64,000 nucleotides of DNA from Raillietiella orientalis (taxonomy: Eukaryota): NCBI GenBank assembly GCA_036172245.1, contig JAYWIR010000038.1, forward strand, positions 1,426,001 to 1,490,000, in the 5' to 3' direction. Each line of letters begins with the position of its first letter. Positions within the stretch are counted from its first letter, which is position 1. Both the position numbers and the translations under genes were made by a program. The notes under the pieces were generated by a model that made no database searches, was not told the DNA's origin, and was given only the letters and a program-made list of their open reading frames with translations. This document shows, piece after piece, positions 39,201-51,200 of this stretch.

Positions 39201-42200
39201 GGCACGCTTTGAGTGTTCCGATCTGTTGTGTTGCACTCTTTCCCGGTACTAATCGATGAATGATACTCTCCGCCAACTTGAAAGTCACTTAGGAGAGATC
39301 TCCATTTCAATGAAGAGTGGGTCCAATTTTCGGTGATCTGAACATGCAACCGCATGATATGAAGTGTCGCCTACATGATCTGCAACGCGTCGGATCCAGT
39401 CCCCTTATCAAATGCAAATGGGAAGAAGCAAGAAAGCTTACCAAGGACATCTCTCCCGAAATCGATTGGATTCTTTCAACTCTCCCCTGCTGAAACAAAC
39501 GGATGCAGTTCCTTAGCAACTTCCATCCAGTTCCCAAACGCGGATGTGTATTTGTGGATCTTCTTCCTCTTTTACACCTTCTTGGAAACTGCCTGATGCA
39601 CACTTATCTTTTGTCTATTTTCGAGCGTAAAAGGGGAACACTTTCGCCCACGTTGGATGGACCAAAGGCATTGCAAGGGATCTGAAAATTTCTACAAAAA
39701 ATTCCAGCGGAGGAAGGAATGGATGAAGGGAGTAATTACAAGTGATGTGTACATATATCTGAATAAGACCGAGAAAACTTCGCAAAGGAGCAGGAAGCTG
39801 TATTCATCATATGTTCTATTCAATCGTACACAATTGGTTCGCATACTAAGAGGAACTGTTTCCCCAAGTGCCGATGGGGATGTGAACCCCCACCTTCAAG
39901 TCTGCCAATAGCTTTCGGACAGAAGGCCACCTACCAAATGGTCCACCCTAGCATCCCCCAAAACTTGCTCTCTTCCCTTGTCACTTTTTCGTCCGGTGAA
40001 CGAACGTTTCAATTATTCCTGTCATCAATCTTTCGGCAGTCTTCTTTCATGGGGCTCGATTCTCTTTATTGACTTCAGTCGTCAAGAACAGCTCGCCTTG
40101 TTCCATTTTCCTTCAATAGCCGATCCGATAAGTCATCACGCATCGGAAGGTATTGCTCAGTGACACCTCCCTGTAAAAAAAGAAATGCCAGTGGATGGTG
40201 GCAATCGATCGTTATCACGTGCTACCACCTCGCAACCATGTGTGGTCAAGACTAGTTGTCCAAAGGTTATTTCGGAAAATTCCCTCTCATCTTGTCGAGA
40301 AATTGAACACTCTCGGATTGTGTGGTGGTAGCGAAAATGCACCACAAACCGCGTGCACATTCCACAGGAGTGCTCAAGTGGCGAGAAACGCAACTCGGAT
40401 ACAAAAGTTGCCCTTGAGCGAAATGCGAAAGGAAATCAATGATTTCCCAAAGTTGCGGCTTGACATCTCCTCATGTTCTCCGAATAGCCATCATTATTTA
40501 TTCCTTAATGGCATCGTCATTTTGCCTTCTTGTTTATGCAGAACCCAACTACATCGATGGCGATCGGCCGAACTCTTAACACTGCTGTGCATACAGCGTT
40601 CTCATGAATTGGTTTCCTCCCAGAGACGTGCACCCAGTGAACAAGCGTGTAACGGAATCTGAATCTTGACCCCATGGAACATTTGTCAAGGATAATTCCG
40701 ATGGAAGGGGAAGTTCGAATTTAAACGATCCCCGCCCTTCTACCGCCTCTCGCGCTCTTCTGAGAGCACGCATGCTTTTCTATCCTGGATTCGATCTTAT
40801 CTAGAAGTGAGGAGTAGAAATGCACTTCATCGTTTCTTTCTCTTCTCGGCGACCTACCTGAAGACTCACCGAAAGAACTCGTCGGATCCACATGCTAGCG
40901 GTTTCCTAGGAAGTGGTCACCTCTTCTTATCGTTTCTACGACGAAATCCCCGATGCGGATTCACTGCGTTTCCGAAGCACTGAGTTGTAATCCTTTCTTA
41001 GGCAGCATCTTTAGGTTAGGTTAGGTTAGGTGAATCGGTGTCTTGCGCAGAGCAGGACACTCGCGTTCCCGTTCTGTGCGTCCAAGATCTAACTGAACCC
41101 TTGGAGATCGCCAAACTGCCCCGTGGCAATCCCTTCCCTACTTGGACCGATTTACACTTCTGGGATTTCCGGAGGCAGGTGCCTTCACTCGCATTTATCC
41201 ATCCTGAATGTCTCCTCCACCGGAGCTCCTATGAGATAGGGTGGTCCGCCAAAGTTTGGAAGCACCCAAAACGGATTTTTAGAAAAAATTCCGCCACTTC
41301 TGTTCAACTTCCAAAGCTCCGTCTCTTTCCACATGATTGCGGAATGCCCATTCAGAAGATTTCTTTGTTCCTGTTTGCGAGCTACCTGGAGCGTGCCTGC
41401 TGTGAAATCTCGAGTCAAAGGGCGCCATTGTTTTCGACACCTCTGCTTACGTCGAACCAACCAACGGCGTTGCAAGTGGTCCAACGATGGTCTGATGCCG
41501 CAGAATGTAAAAAATATCATCAGAGATTTTCGATGGGATTTTTTTTCTTTTTCTTTTTTTGGTTCGTCAAGTGCTGATGAACCGCCTCCTTCCTTTAAAC
41601 ACTGTCCACGCCACTTGAGGGTGCGCGTAACTCTTCAAGTTAGGTACAACCCTCTAGGGACCACCTTGTGAACCTAGGAAGGCCCCGGAGGAAGGAGTTC
41701 ATTTCTTTCTCACGCTTGACAGGGAACATCGAATTTGATTTCCTCCTAAAGTGCCTCCCACCTCATGGGATTGTCCCCATAGGGGGCACTCCTTGTTGCT
41801 TCTCTGGAGGGAACCTCGAAGGGCCGCTTCCAAATTTCTCTGAAGGGCTCTCCCCGAAGGGAGCAGCGCGCTTCTTGCCCTCTGGAGAGACAGCTCCCCG
41901 AGGGAGTATCAACCAGCTCCATGTTACGCGTTGGAGGGTTGTCCCCCTCAAGGGGGGAACGGTCTCTACCACAGACGGGGATGCATTTCCTCAACCGGAG
42001 GGAAACCCCCAAGGGAACCGGCTCCTTGATGTCCTGGAAGGACCTTGGAGGATCAACTTTCAATCCCGGCCAGTCAACGGGGTCATCCGACTTCCACGAG
42101 TGCCGCACCCGGAGCCGACCGAGGCCAGTCAGCGTCATCCTGCGGGCGGGACTCGGAATCCCCGACGCACCCATTTGCTAGGCGTCGATCCTCTCCCGGG

Positions 42201-45200
42201 AGGGTTTCGAGCCCGCGACTCTGAGCCGCGGCGAGCGGAGGCCGCAGTCGTAAGTTCGCCAATGCGGATCTCCAGACTTTCCATTTCGGAAAGAAATTCA
42301 TGGGGAGAGAATGGGGAGTGAAGGAGCGTTTTCCAATCGTCAGGACAACGAACGGCTTCGAAAGAGCAAAGGTGGAGAGGAAGGCGAGTGGCGATCGGCG
42401 CGTCAGCGAGTTAACGAAAACGCGTCCCCAATGGGCAGGCGGAAATCGGGAAAATCATGGACGAAGCGGTGAATTCCAGGAATTCTTTCGAAGCAGTTGC
42501 CTCCCGCTGATTGCTCGCCAACCTCCTGGAGACTTTCTGAGCCGGGGAACGGATCTTCCGGGATCGATAACTGAAACGTCGAAACCCCCCGAATCGGATT
42601 CCCATTCCGGCACGACAAAGACACATGTTGATGCCACGGACCCCATTCCTCGGCAGCCATCGACTGGGCCGACGCCCGTGGGACGTAACTGCTTCCTCGT
42701 ATGTGCTGACGACTGTTCCGCCGCATTCAAATAAGATGGAATGGATTTGGCTCCTAATTTGGCGCGGAGAGGACGCCGTGAAAGCGAGCCGGAATTCATC
42801 AATCTGCAGAAATTTATATTGAGCCTCTGTGTCAGCCCAATGCTAATGGGGAACGCTGTCGCTGAGCGCCCATCATGGGGCGCTTAGAGTGAGTGCTCCG
42901 GGAAGGTGAATGCATAAATAATGCTTCCTCGTGGTGGAGCAGAGCGATTTCAGCAGCTACTAGCCAATGGAAACCCATCCCTGGGAAACTTCAGAGCATC
43001 CAAAACTTTCCTCCCACCTATAGGGTGTTCAAAAAGAAAAAAAGAAAAAAAAGGAAAATGGCCCTGATAGTATGCGAAAGGGATTCCAAGCGTTCCTCCT
43101 ATATGGGGTGGGTGCTTCTTCCCAACAGAAATGTTTCGTCCGCTTCGTTCTCTGGGCCCGTAATGAGCCCTCGAGTCGGAACAGCCTCGACAAGCGCGAA
43201 TGACGTCACTGCAGCTCAGCACGTTCCACACACCTCCGGAAAACGGTGTGCCGCGAGCGGGATACTTGGGATGCAGAAGGACACGCCTTGCTACGGAAAG
43301 GTGCGGACACGCGCATTCCAGAAGACGGAAGCCAGCAGCTTCGATCGCTTCGGAATTCTGAATTACCTAGAGCAAAGAGTGCAAGGGGGAAGAAGAACCA
43401 AACGTGACGGAGGGACACCCCGCTGCTCCATCCAGCACGCGAATTCCTCCGATGGAAGAAGTTTCTTCTGGAGACACCTCCAGCTGACGTGCCTGCTGCT
43501 CAGGCTGCGAAGGCGAAGGGGACTGTTGTCAGAAAGACGGAAGAGGAAGGGGGGGGGGAGATACGGGTCAGTTCAGTCATCGGTCGTCGAAAATGCTCTC
43601 TACGGAAGGTGCCGAGAGTGCGAGAGAGGAATGCTGAGAGAGGACCTCTAGCCAGAGCCCATTTGCCTCAGGACTCCAATTTGCTGTTGGAGTTTCCGAA
43701 AGCTGGAGACTACCGCAGGGTTTCAGAGTCCTCCAGCGTGCTGAACAAGCGCTCAGAACTGGCGGCTCCTGCGAGGAAGCCGACAGCAGATCGAACTCGC
43801 CCCAAGCGCCAGAGATGGGGCGGAACGCCGCCGCACACATCTTCAGTCATTGCAGGAGATGCTTCCAACTGTATGCCAGGAGGAAAAAGCGACGAGGAGG
43901 AGACTCGGAAAGAACAGATCCTTGCCAGCAACCAGGAGAGACACCCGGAAGAATTCCTCGTCGTTGCATCTAACACTGCCCTGAAAGTGGGGATCCGCAT
44001 AGCCCTATTCTACTCTTCATGCCCACTTGGAAGTGACATGGCACCTCTCGGGACTGGCGCGGGGGAGAAAAGGGGAAACGCATCGGAACCCAGGCGCGCT
44101 TTCTTTCCTTCTCGAAAGCACAGGGGTCAGTTCAGTCTCTCAGTTGCCATCGGTCCTTTGGGACCTAGCGATTCGCGTTGTTTCTGCAAGAGCTGGCAGT
44201 TTCGACAACTGGTCCGCACAGCCAGCTGGAGGCGTCGTCCGGCATACGTCGCGCATCCGGAACATCCTCCAAACGCACCCGCTCGGGACACCTTCCAAAC
44301 CACCCGAGTGACCTGAGCAAGGCCGCGGAAGACCAGGAAGGAAAAGCAAGAAGACTTGGTGACCGTTAGCGAGAGGATGGCCGAGGAGTCGGACCGCCAA
44401 GGCGAGCCCATGCGACGAAATCCTCGTCTAATCTCAGCCTTTCTCCCTTTCGTCCTACCCTCCCTGTCCAGGGGGCATTTGAGGATCACCCCTTTCCTTC
44501 AGCAGCGGAGAAGCTGAAGAGGTCGAGAAGAAGTGCGGCCTGCATGAAATCCCTTACTTGATAGCGAATCTTCTGGATTCCAGGGGCTGGAGTTCCAGCA
44601 AAAAAAAAAGTGGGTCTCTGGCACAAGGTACTCAGGTCAGGCGCCACAGTCAGTGTGTCAGTAGGTGATCGGAAGTCCTGAAGGTGCCCCCTCTTCGGCG
44701 TTCCTCCTCATGTCCGATGCGAACGAGTCGCTAAGACCCAGGACCCTTCCCGCACGAGTCAGCATCAATTCGTGAACCTGGGTCACGGTCTTGTACCTGC
44801 GAAAGGGAGGCTGGAAGTCTCGGAGGGAAGAACCTGGAGTGAAGTTCCTGGAAGAAGTTTCGCCACCGGGAACTCCGCCTCAACCCGCCAGGGCGGCCTC
44901 TCCTTCCAGCTTCCTCGTCCTCGCTCGAGCCGCCCGCTGTCCCTGTTCTCCCGGTAGAATTTCTGCTTGCTCCCGGAAGAATCCGGAGCCGGATGGACTC
45001 TTCTTTTCTCCTATTCTGAAGCCCCGCTGCTCTTTTCCAGGGTGCCCCTTGGGAACGTTTCCTTGCTCCAACAACAGCGACGTCTGCATAGAGCAGCATC
45101 GGTTCTGCGACCAGGTGGAAGACTGCCTCAACGGGTCAGACGAGGACGAGGACACTTGCGGTAGGCATCCCCGCTGAGCTGAGACACCGCGCCGTGAGCA

Positions 45201-48200
45201 GAATCAGCTTGGACACTTGCATTCGCTAGGTGGAGTTAGTGGTGGGGGGCACCTCTCGAAAGGGAACAGCAGGGGATGAAAACGGGCACGGATAGGGAAT
45301 CGAGGAACGCGCTCTCCTCCCGTCCTCTTCCCCGGACACATCTGCCTTGGCGTTTTCTTGGCCTATTCAACCTTGGAAAAGAGTGACACCTTCCCTTTCT
45401 CTGTACCTGTCTGGGGGAGGGAGAGGGGGAGCCGAGTCCCGAAACAGTCCTTCGAAGGGATCCCGACGGACCTCTCGCCAACCTTTTCGGAGGTTCGCCC
45501 GCCTCCTACATCAAGGGCGAGAGCAAACAAACCTTCCTGCCCTAATGGGCCTCAGCAAGTTCGGATAAGAAAGTATGAGCTCACCGTCGAATAAGCGGCA
45601 TCTTGTGGAGTCCTTCAGGTCACGGAGACGGCTTGCACTTTTGCCTGCTCCGCCCGCCGCGTGAAGTAGCACGTCAACGAGTGGTGCAGGGGTGCGGTTA
45701 GCTCTACAAAAGTACGTGTCGGGAGCCCAAGGTCTTCCCATCCCTATTCCGACAAAGGGAGGGTGGACCTCGAGCAGAATAGGGAACGGCCCCGCCCTCC
45801 CTGCTCTTCTGGCCTTCCCCCTTTACACGGTGCGCCTACTTTTGGGTTTGCGCTCGACCTCTCGTTCCCATCCGGAGCCCGTTTGCTGAGTCGCCCCAAG
45901 ACTTCTCCTCCTGAATGACGCTGAGGAACTTCCAGGAGCACAGTCCTCTTCCCTACTCCTTTCTTTTCTTTCCCTTGTGCCGTGAGAAAAGGAATTTTTG
46001 CTTTGGGGAGCAGGTAGGAAGATCAGTGGAATGGGGGTTCGAAGGTGGGGGAAAAGGGGCCAGTAAGAGCAAACGAAGATGACTTTTCCCTCCTCACCAG
46101 TTCTATCCCTCACTTCAGGATAGGGTTACCACCTTTCTTTTTTCCTCCACTTTCTGTTTCCCTTCGATTCTCGAAAAGACTGTCCTCGGAAGACTGTGAG
46201 CGGGAATTCTCCCCACTGAAGGGGTGAAGTTGAGTCCAGAAGTTGAAAATCAACTGCCACTTTTTTTGTGTGCTTTGCTCTACTCTCCTGGTGTGCTGAC
46301 CGACGCAGAACCAGCTCTTGCACTTCTTGTCAGCAAAGGAAAATGACCTGGAACTACAGGCCGTTGTGGGACAGCCCACTCTGGAGCAGAGACGTCTTCA
46401 AGCATATCTCCTCCGCATTAGCGGCAGTCTCAGCAGTATTCCCACTCTTTTTTCTTTGTTCCGTTTTCTGCCCTCTTCTTTGCCTCTTTCCCACAAGGGA
46501 TTCTAGTAAGCGATCCATCTGCTACCTAGGAGACCCTCTAAGGAGATCCCTTAGCATCCCTCGCACCACCTTTAGGCTTCCCGGGATCTAAGAAAACTCC
46601 ATCGCTTTTTCATCCCCTCCTCCTCTTTGAAAAGGTCTACGAGTTACGTGAACGCCTACCTCAGCTTTTTCGCAGGGGGCGGTTCCTTGAAGGCAGCGTC
46701 CTCTTTGCTGGCAAGGATGTCCACACACCCTGGCGTTTCAACCGAGGATCCGACTACCCGGGAGGCCGCTCTCTCTCTTCTGCTCTAGAAGCAGCCCTCT
46801 CGCCCGAGTGGGGAGAAACCCACCAAGGAAAATGAAATACAAATGATTCCGCAAGAAAAGGAAGAGCAAAAAATTTTTGGTCACTGCAAAAATCGACAAC
46901 AAAGAAAAGGATTCTTGCATGCAGGATGGAGTTCAGTATCGACACACACACACATACACAAAGGAGCCAACCAGTGTCTGAAATTTCCAGGCAAAATGCA
47001 GCCGATGGAAACAGATGACAGCTTCGAAGAACCCTCGACGGACCTTACGGGGACAAATGAAAACGAGCGTCCTGTTGGTCGAATAGAACACCTGCTTCCG
47101 TCTTGAAAAGAACAAAAGCCACAAGCCACAAGTAGATACAAGTCCCGCATTGGTGACCGTGTGGCTGCGGTCTTCGCGAGCGTGGCACCAAGCGTTGCGG
47201 GTTCGAATCCCGCCCAAGAAAGGGTCGACGCCAAGAATCGGGGTTGCATTGTGAGTTCAGAGTCCCCTCCTCAAGGTGACGCTGGTTGGTCTCGGTTGGC
47301 TCCGGATGCGGCACTGGAAGCCGCATGCCTCCGTTGACCCGCCAGGATTGTGGATCGACCTTCCGGGGTCCTTCCAGGAATCAAGGGACCTTTCGTGGTT
47401 CCCCTCCGGTTGCGATAAGGCAGCCGTCTCCCCCTTTGGGAAGGAGGGATGCAACTTTCCACCACGCAACATAAAGCTGGTTGATACCCCTTCGGGGGGT
47501 TGTCTCTCCGGAGAGCAAGAAGCGCGCTGCTCCTTTCGAGGAGCAGCCTTCAGAGAAAATGGGAAGCATCCCTTCGAGGTTCTCTCCAGGTGGGTAACAA
47601 AGAGAAGTTCCCTCCGCAAAGGAAAAAAGGAATGGCCGCCTCCAAGGGACCTCCCCCGAGAGAATAAAGAAGAGTTCAAGAGTTCCCTTAGAGGTTCCTT
47701 TGGGAGACAACCAGGAAGACAACCCCTGCCGAGCGTAGGAGGAACGGAGTCCTTCCTCTGAAGCCTTTCAGGATTCGTATGGTGGTCCTTTCCTGGGGTA
47801 TCCCTGACTTGAAGAGTTAACACACACCTCCTGGTGGTGTGGAACAGTGTTGAAGAGCTTCGCGAGTCCCTAGGCGAGCGGTTCTTGAGCACTCAGCGAA
47901 GCGAGGTAAAAGCAAAGCTGCTACGCCGCCTTGTGTCTTTGCTCATCTGCTCAAGAATGAAATTCGGAGCCGTCGTCGCCTGCAGCGTCCATTAAATTCT
48001 TAACATGTGTCCTGCTTCACCTTGCAGTTTCCACCTCCGTGTAGCCAAGGAATTGACAGGGAACGAACGCGTTCCAGAAGACACGAAGAATCAGGAGGAA
48101 TCGGTTGGCATTCCAGTTGGGCAGGTTCCACGGATTCTTCCTTCGTTGCCGATGAGTTGCACTTTACGAGACCTTCCTCAATAATTATGGACGGTTGGCC

Positions 48201-51200
48201 ATGTGCCAAGGAAACGCCAGAGAGAAGCAGGAAGAGAAGTGCAGCATTACCATGACAGAAGAAATTGAATCGGGACTACGAGAAGCGATCGTGAATCATC
48301 ACAAAAATGTGAATTTCCTGCTGCCAGCTGCAAGACTCAGGTAGTCCGCCATGATGACGTGCAAAGTAAGGTGCTTGGCCGTGCGACTCTCTTCGCAACA
48401 CTCGGGGAGGGAATTTCTTCCTCTGTGAGCAATGCTGGACAGCCGACTTATTTGGATTCGGCAACGCCTATGTTGGTGTTCAACGGCCGACTCTTGCAAG
48501 GATAACTCTGCCTGTGGAAGGTGACTGACGGCTCAGCAGCTTGGCCTTCGCCGCAGCCGTTGCTAAGCTTCCTTCACAGGAGGGAGAAGAGAAGAAATGG
48601 ATAATCACAGAGAAGTTCGGTTGCTCATAACTTCGTTCGCGGCTCGCCTTGCTCACTTCCCCGAAGTTTTTACCCCTGCATCCCCAATACGACAGGTTTC
48701 CAGCAAATAAAAAAAGCTCAGTAGACAACGAATCCCCCCCCCCCCCAAAAGGTCGGAAACTCTGTTCGTGGAGTTTTGTTGGCGCTCCTGTGACATGCCT
48801 TTTTCATTTCGGGGATTTCTAATTTTCGACGAATCTCCCTTTGCGTCATCGTTTTCTTCAGTCCCTTAAAAAGCAAGAGAGGTCTAATATTAGACCAACT
48901 GTACTCTTGCCTTAGGAACTTCACTTTAGCGCGTACAAAAAAGGGGTGCTGCGCAATAAATGGGAGTTCCACATGAATTTCCATATCTTTTTTTTTTCCC
49001 ATCGGAGAGCAAAGCAGCGATTTCATGCAGGAAGTACTGATATTGCTTTCCGATCATGACTCCATAGTAGGAAAAAAGGGATGCCAGAGTAACCGGACGT
49101 CATCGGACGTGGACTGTGACGTCTCACAAAGTCCGTGATCGGAAGAGATTTCCGAGCTCCTTGTCTGCTCTGCAAGCTGATAACACGAGTAATACCTTAT
49201 TTTGTTAAGGATGACATGTAGGACACTATTCAGGAGAGGGGAAAAAAACTCGCTTATTTTTCAGATTTCACCCATGGAGCAGACAGCATCAAAGAGAAGA
49301 TGATCAAGGACGAAGCATATCTTGTTCCATGCGGTGAGCCCAAACTCTCTATCTTCTCCTGGAAACCGTTCCGTGCACACTTTTCGAATTGCAACCGTTC
49401 CCCTTTTTCCTCCAAAAATCCCGCAACAGCGCTGAATCTCAGTCCGCGTAGGGAGTTGAAGCGAGTGGTCATGACATGCGGTCCAGTGCGAAATCGAAAG
49501 AGCCGGAGGAGGGAAAGAACCCGTTTCCATGCTGATTCAAATAAGATGCAGCTTGCTCATCGGACTTCCCATGCGCAGCAAATGTTGCAGCAGATTAAAC
49601 TGAGAGCATTGATTAAGATCTCGCCACATTGGAGTGCACCTGCGATACGGATGGTTCCTTCATTGCTCGTGAGATACAGGGCTAAGGAGCATCCCGATGA
49701 TGTAATGGAAACGAACGATGTGTTCATCTCGATGTAAGACAATGTAAAGCGCAAGCGCAAAGAGCAACCGGTGACTCAGACCAATTCGAGAGAGAGTTCC
49801 TGAAGGCAAAGAAAGAAGAACACAAACAAACAAAAGAGTTTACAGTCTTCACGCATTATCTTATCTAAGATTAAGAGAAACAGTGAACTGCCCAGTTTAA
49901 AAATGAAAATGAAAAAATAAAAATCACTGCCTCCTTTGCGCTACTGTGTCTTCCATGTTGACTATACTGAGTGCCGACAAACAGTAGGAAGAATTATATT
50001 TTCAATAGCCTCTAGATGAACGATGCAGTGATGCCAGTCCATGCTCTGGCACATTAATAATTCAGGGATAACCACATCAAATGCTAATCCATCCGAGGGA
50101 GGACGAGGATGTTGCTCTGAGGAAGATCGGATAAGGCTTTTGGGATCTCATTCATTGCCCAGCAACGAAGCGGCGGATCCGATGGCATTCCCTTTTAAGA
50201 TGTTCTTTAAGCTACTTAAAGGTCAATTTGGAAAGAAATTTCATCGGATCTCATCGGAATATGTGGTTCGAGCTTTTAAAACCCAAGATGAAAGGGAAGT
50301 TTTCAAGAGATCTTCGCATACCTTGCAGAAGCCTCCCGTGAACTTCTGGAATATGTGTACGTCTCTATGCTGTTGGCACCCTTTCCAAGAGTAGTTCTCC
50401 AGAAACCGGTGATGAATGTTTCTCATTAAGATGAGCGTGCGTAAAGCAGTGTCTGTTGGGACATTCCCTTAGAGTGCCAGTCCGAGCGGTTCGCCTTCCT
50501 CTACAGACTTTTCCCAAAGCCTGTGGTTTCAAAAACCTCGTTCCTCATCCTTCCTTTCTGGAAGAGACCGGAGATGCCTCTACGTCATCATTCGGCTTCC
50601 ACTTTCGCTTTTGTGACCGAAAGACGTGAGACTCGCCAGATTTCATCCTTAGAAAATGCGACTGCTCTAGAGATGAAGTCCTTAGAAACGCAACGTTCCC
50701 TTATTTTCCTGATACCAATCTTTTTGGTGTGCTGCAGCTCTTGAACGCTTCTCACGCTAGACTCGATTTACAATGGCTCAGGGCACTAACGTAATGAGCA
50801 TTAAGCGGTTGTTGTTCCTCTAGTTGACTGTTCTTCTTGAAAGGGAGCTGAATTATTGCATTGACAGCGTTGAATACCTAAGGGTAAACAAAAAAAGTTC
50901 CACATACCGAATCTTTTCCTTGGTCGATGCTTCGAGTTCAGAGCTGCCGTTTAATGAAAACGGGAAGCACCGTAATGAATTAAAGATGACTTAGGTTTGA
51001 AAATGATGGCTTTTGAATCTCTGGGAAGGATGGGAACTTGACCGCACGTGGTAGGCCTTGAAGGGCGTGTCCAATATGATCCCGAAAAATTCGAATGTTC
51101 AGGAGCAAACTCTAGCCTCTCTTGTACAGATGCTGGAATGGATGCTTTTGTCAGCCTAGCAGCGGGAATACACCTGAGTGCACGTTCCGAAAACGACTCA

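Noticed and set aside
41670..42090. RNase MRP/P-like motifs (GAAGGCCCCGG ... CAACGGGGTCA) in the repeat
   Set aside because: They lie antisense to the Pol III head and UUCG loops and vary between copies. Short matches only; an Rfam search would be needed to revive the idea.
42893..44316. 252-aa and 275-aa ORFs as host genes
   Set aside because: They contain degenerate RT motifs spread across frames, so this is a decayed LINE inside receptor intron 1.
47143..47220. tRNA gene
   Set aside because: Has A/B boxes but no convincing cloverleaf or anticodon arm, and is fused to a repeated 700-bp body; it is a SINE head.
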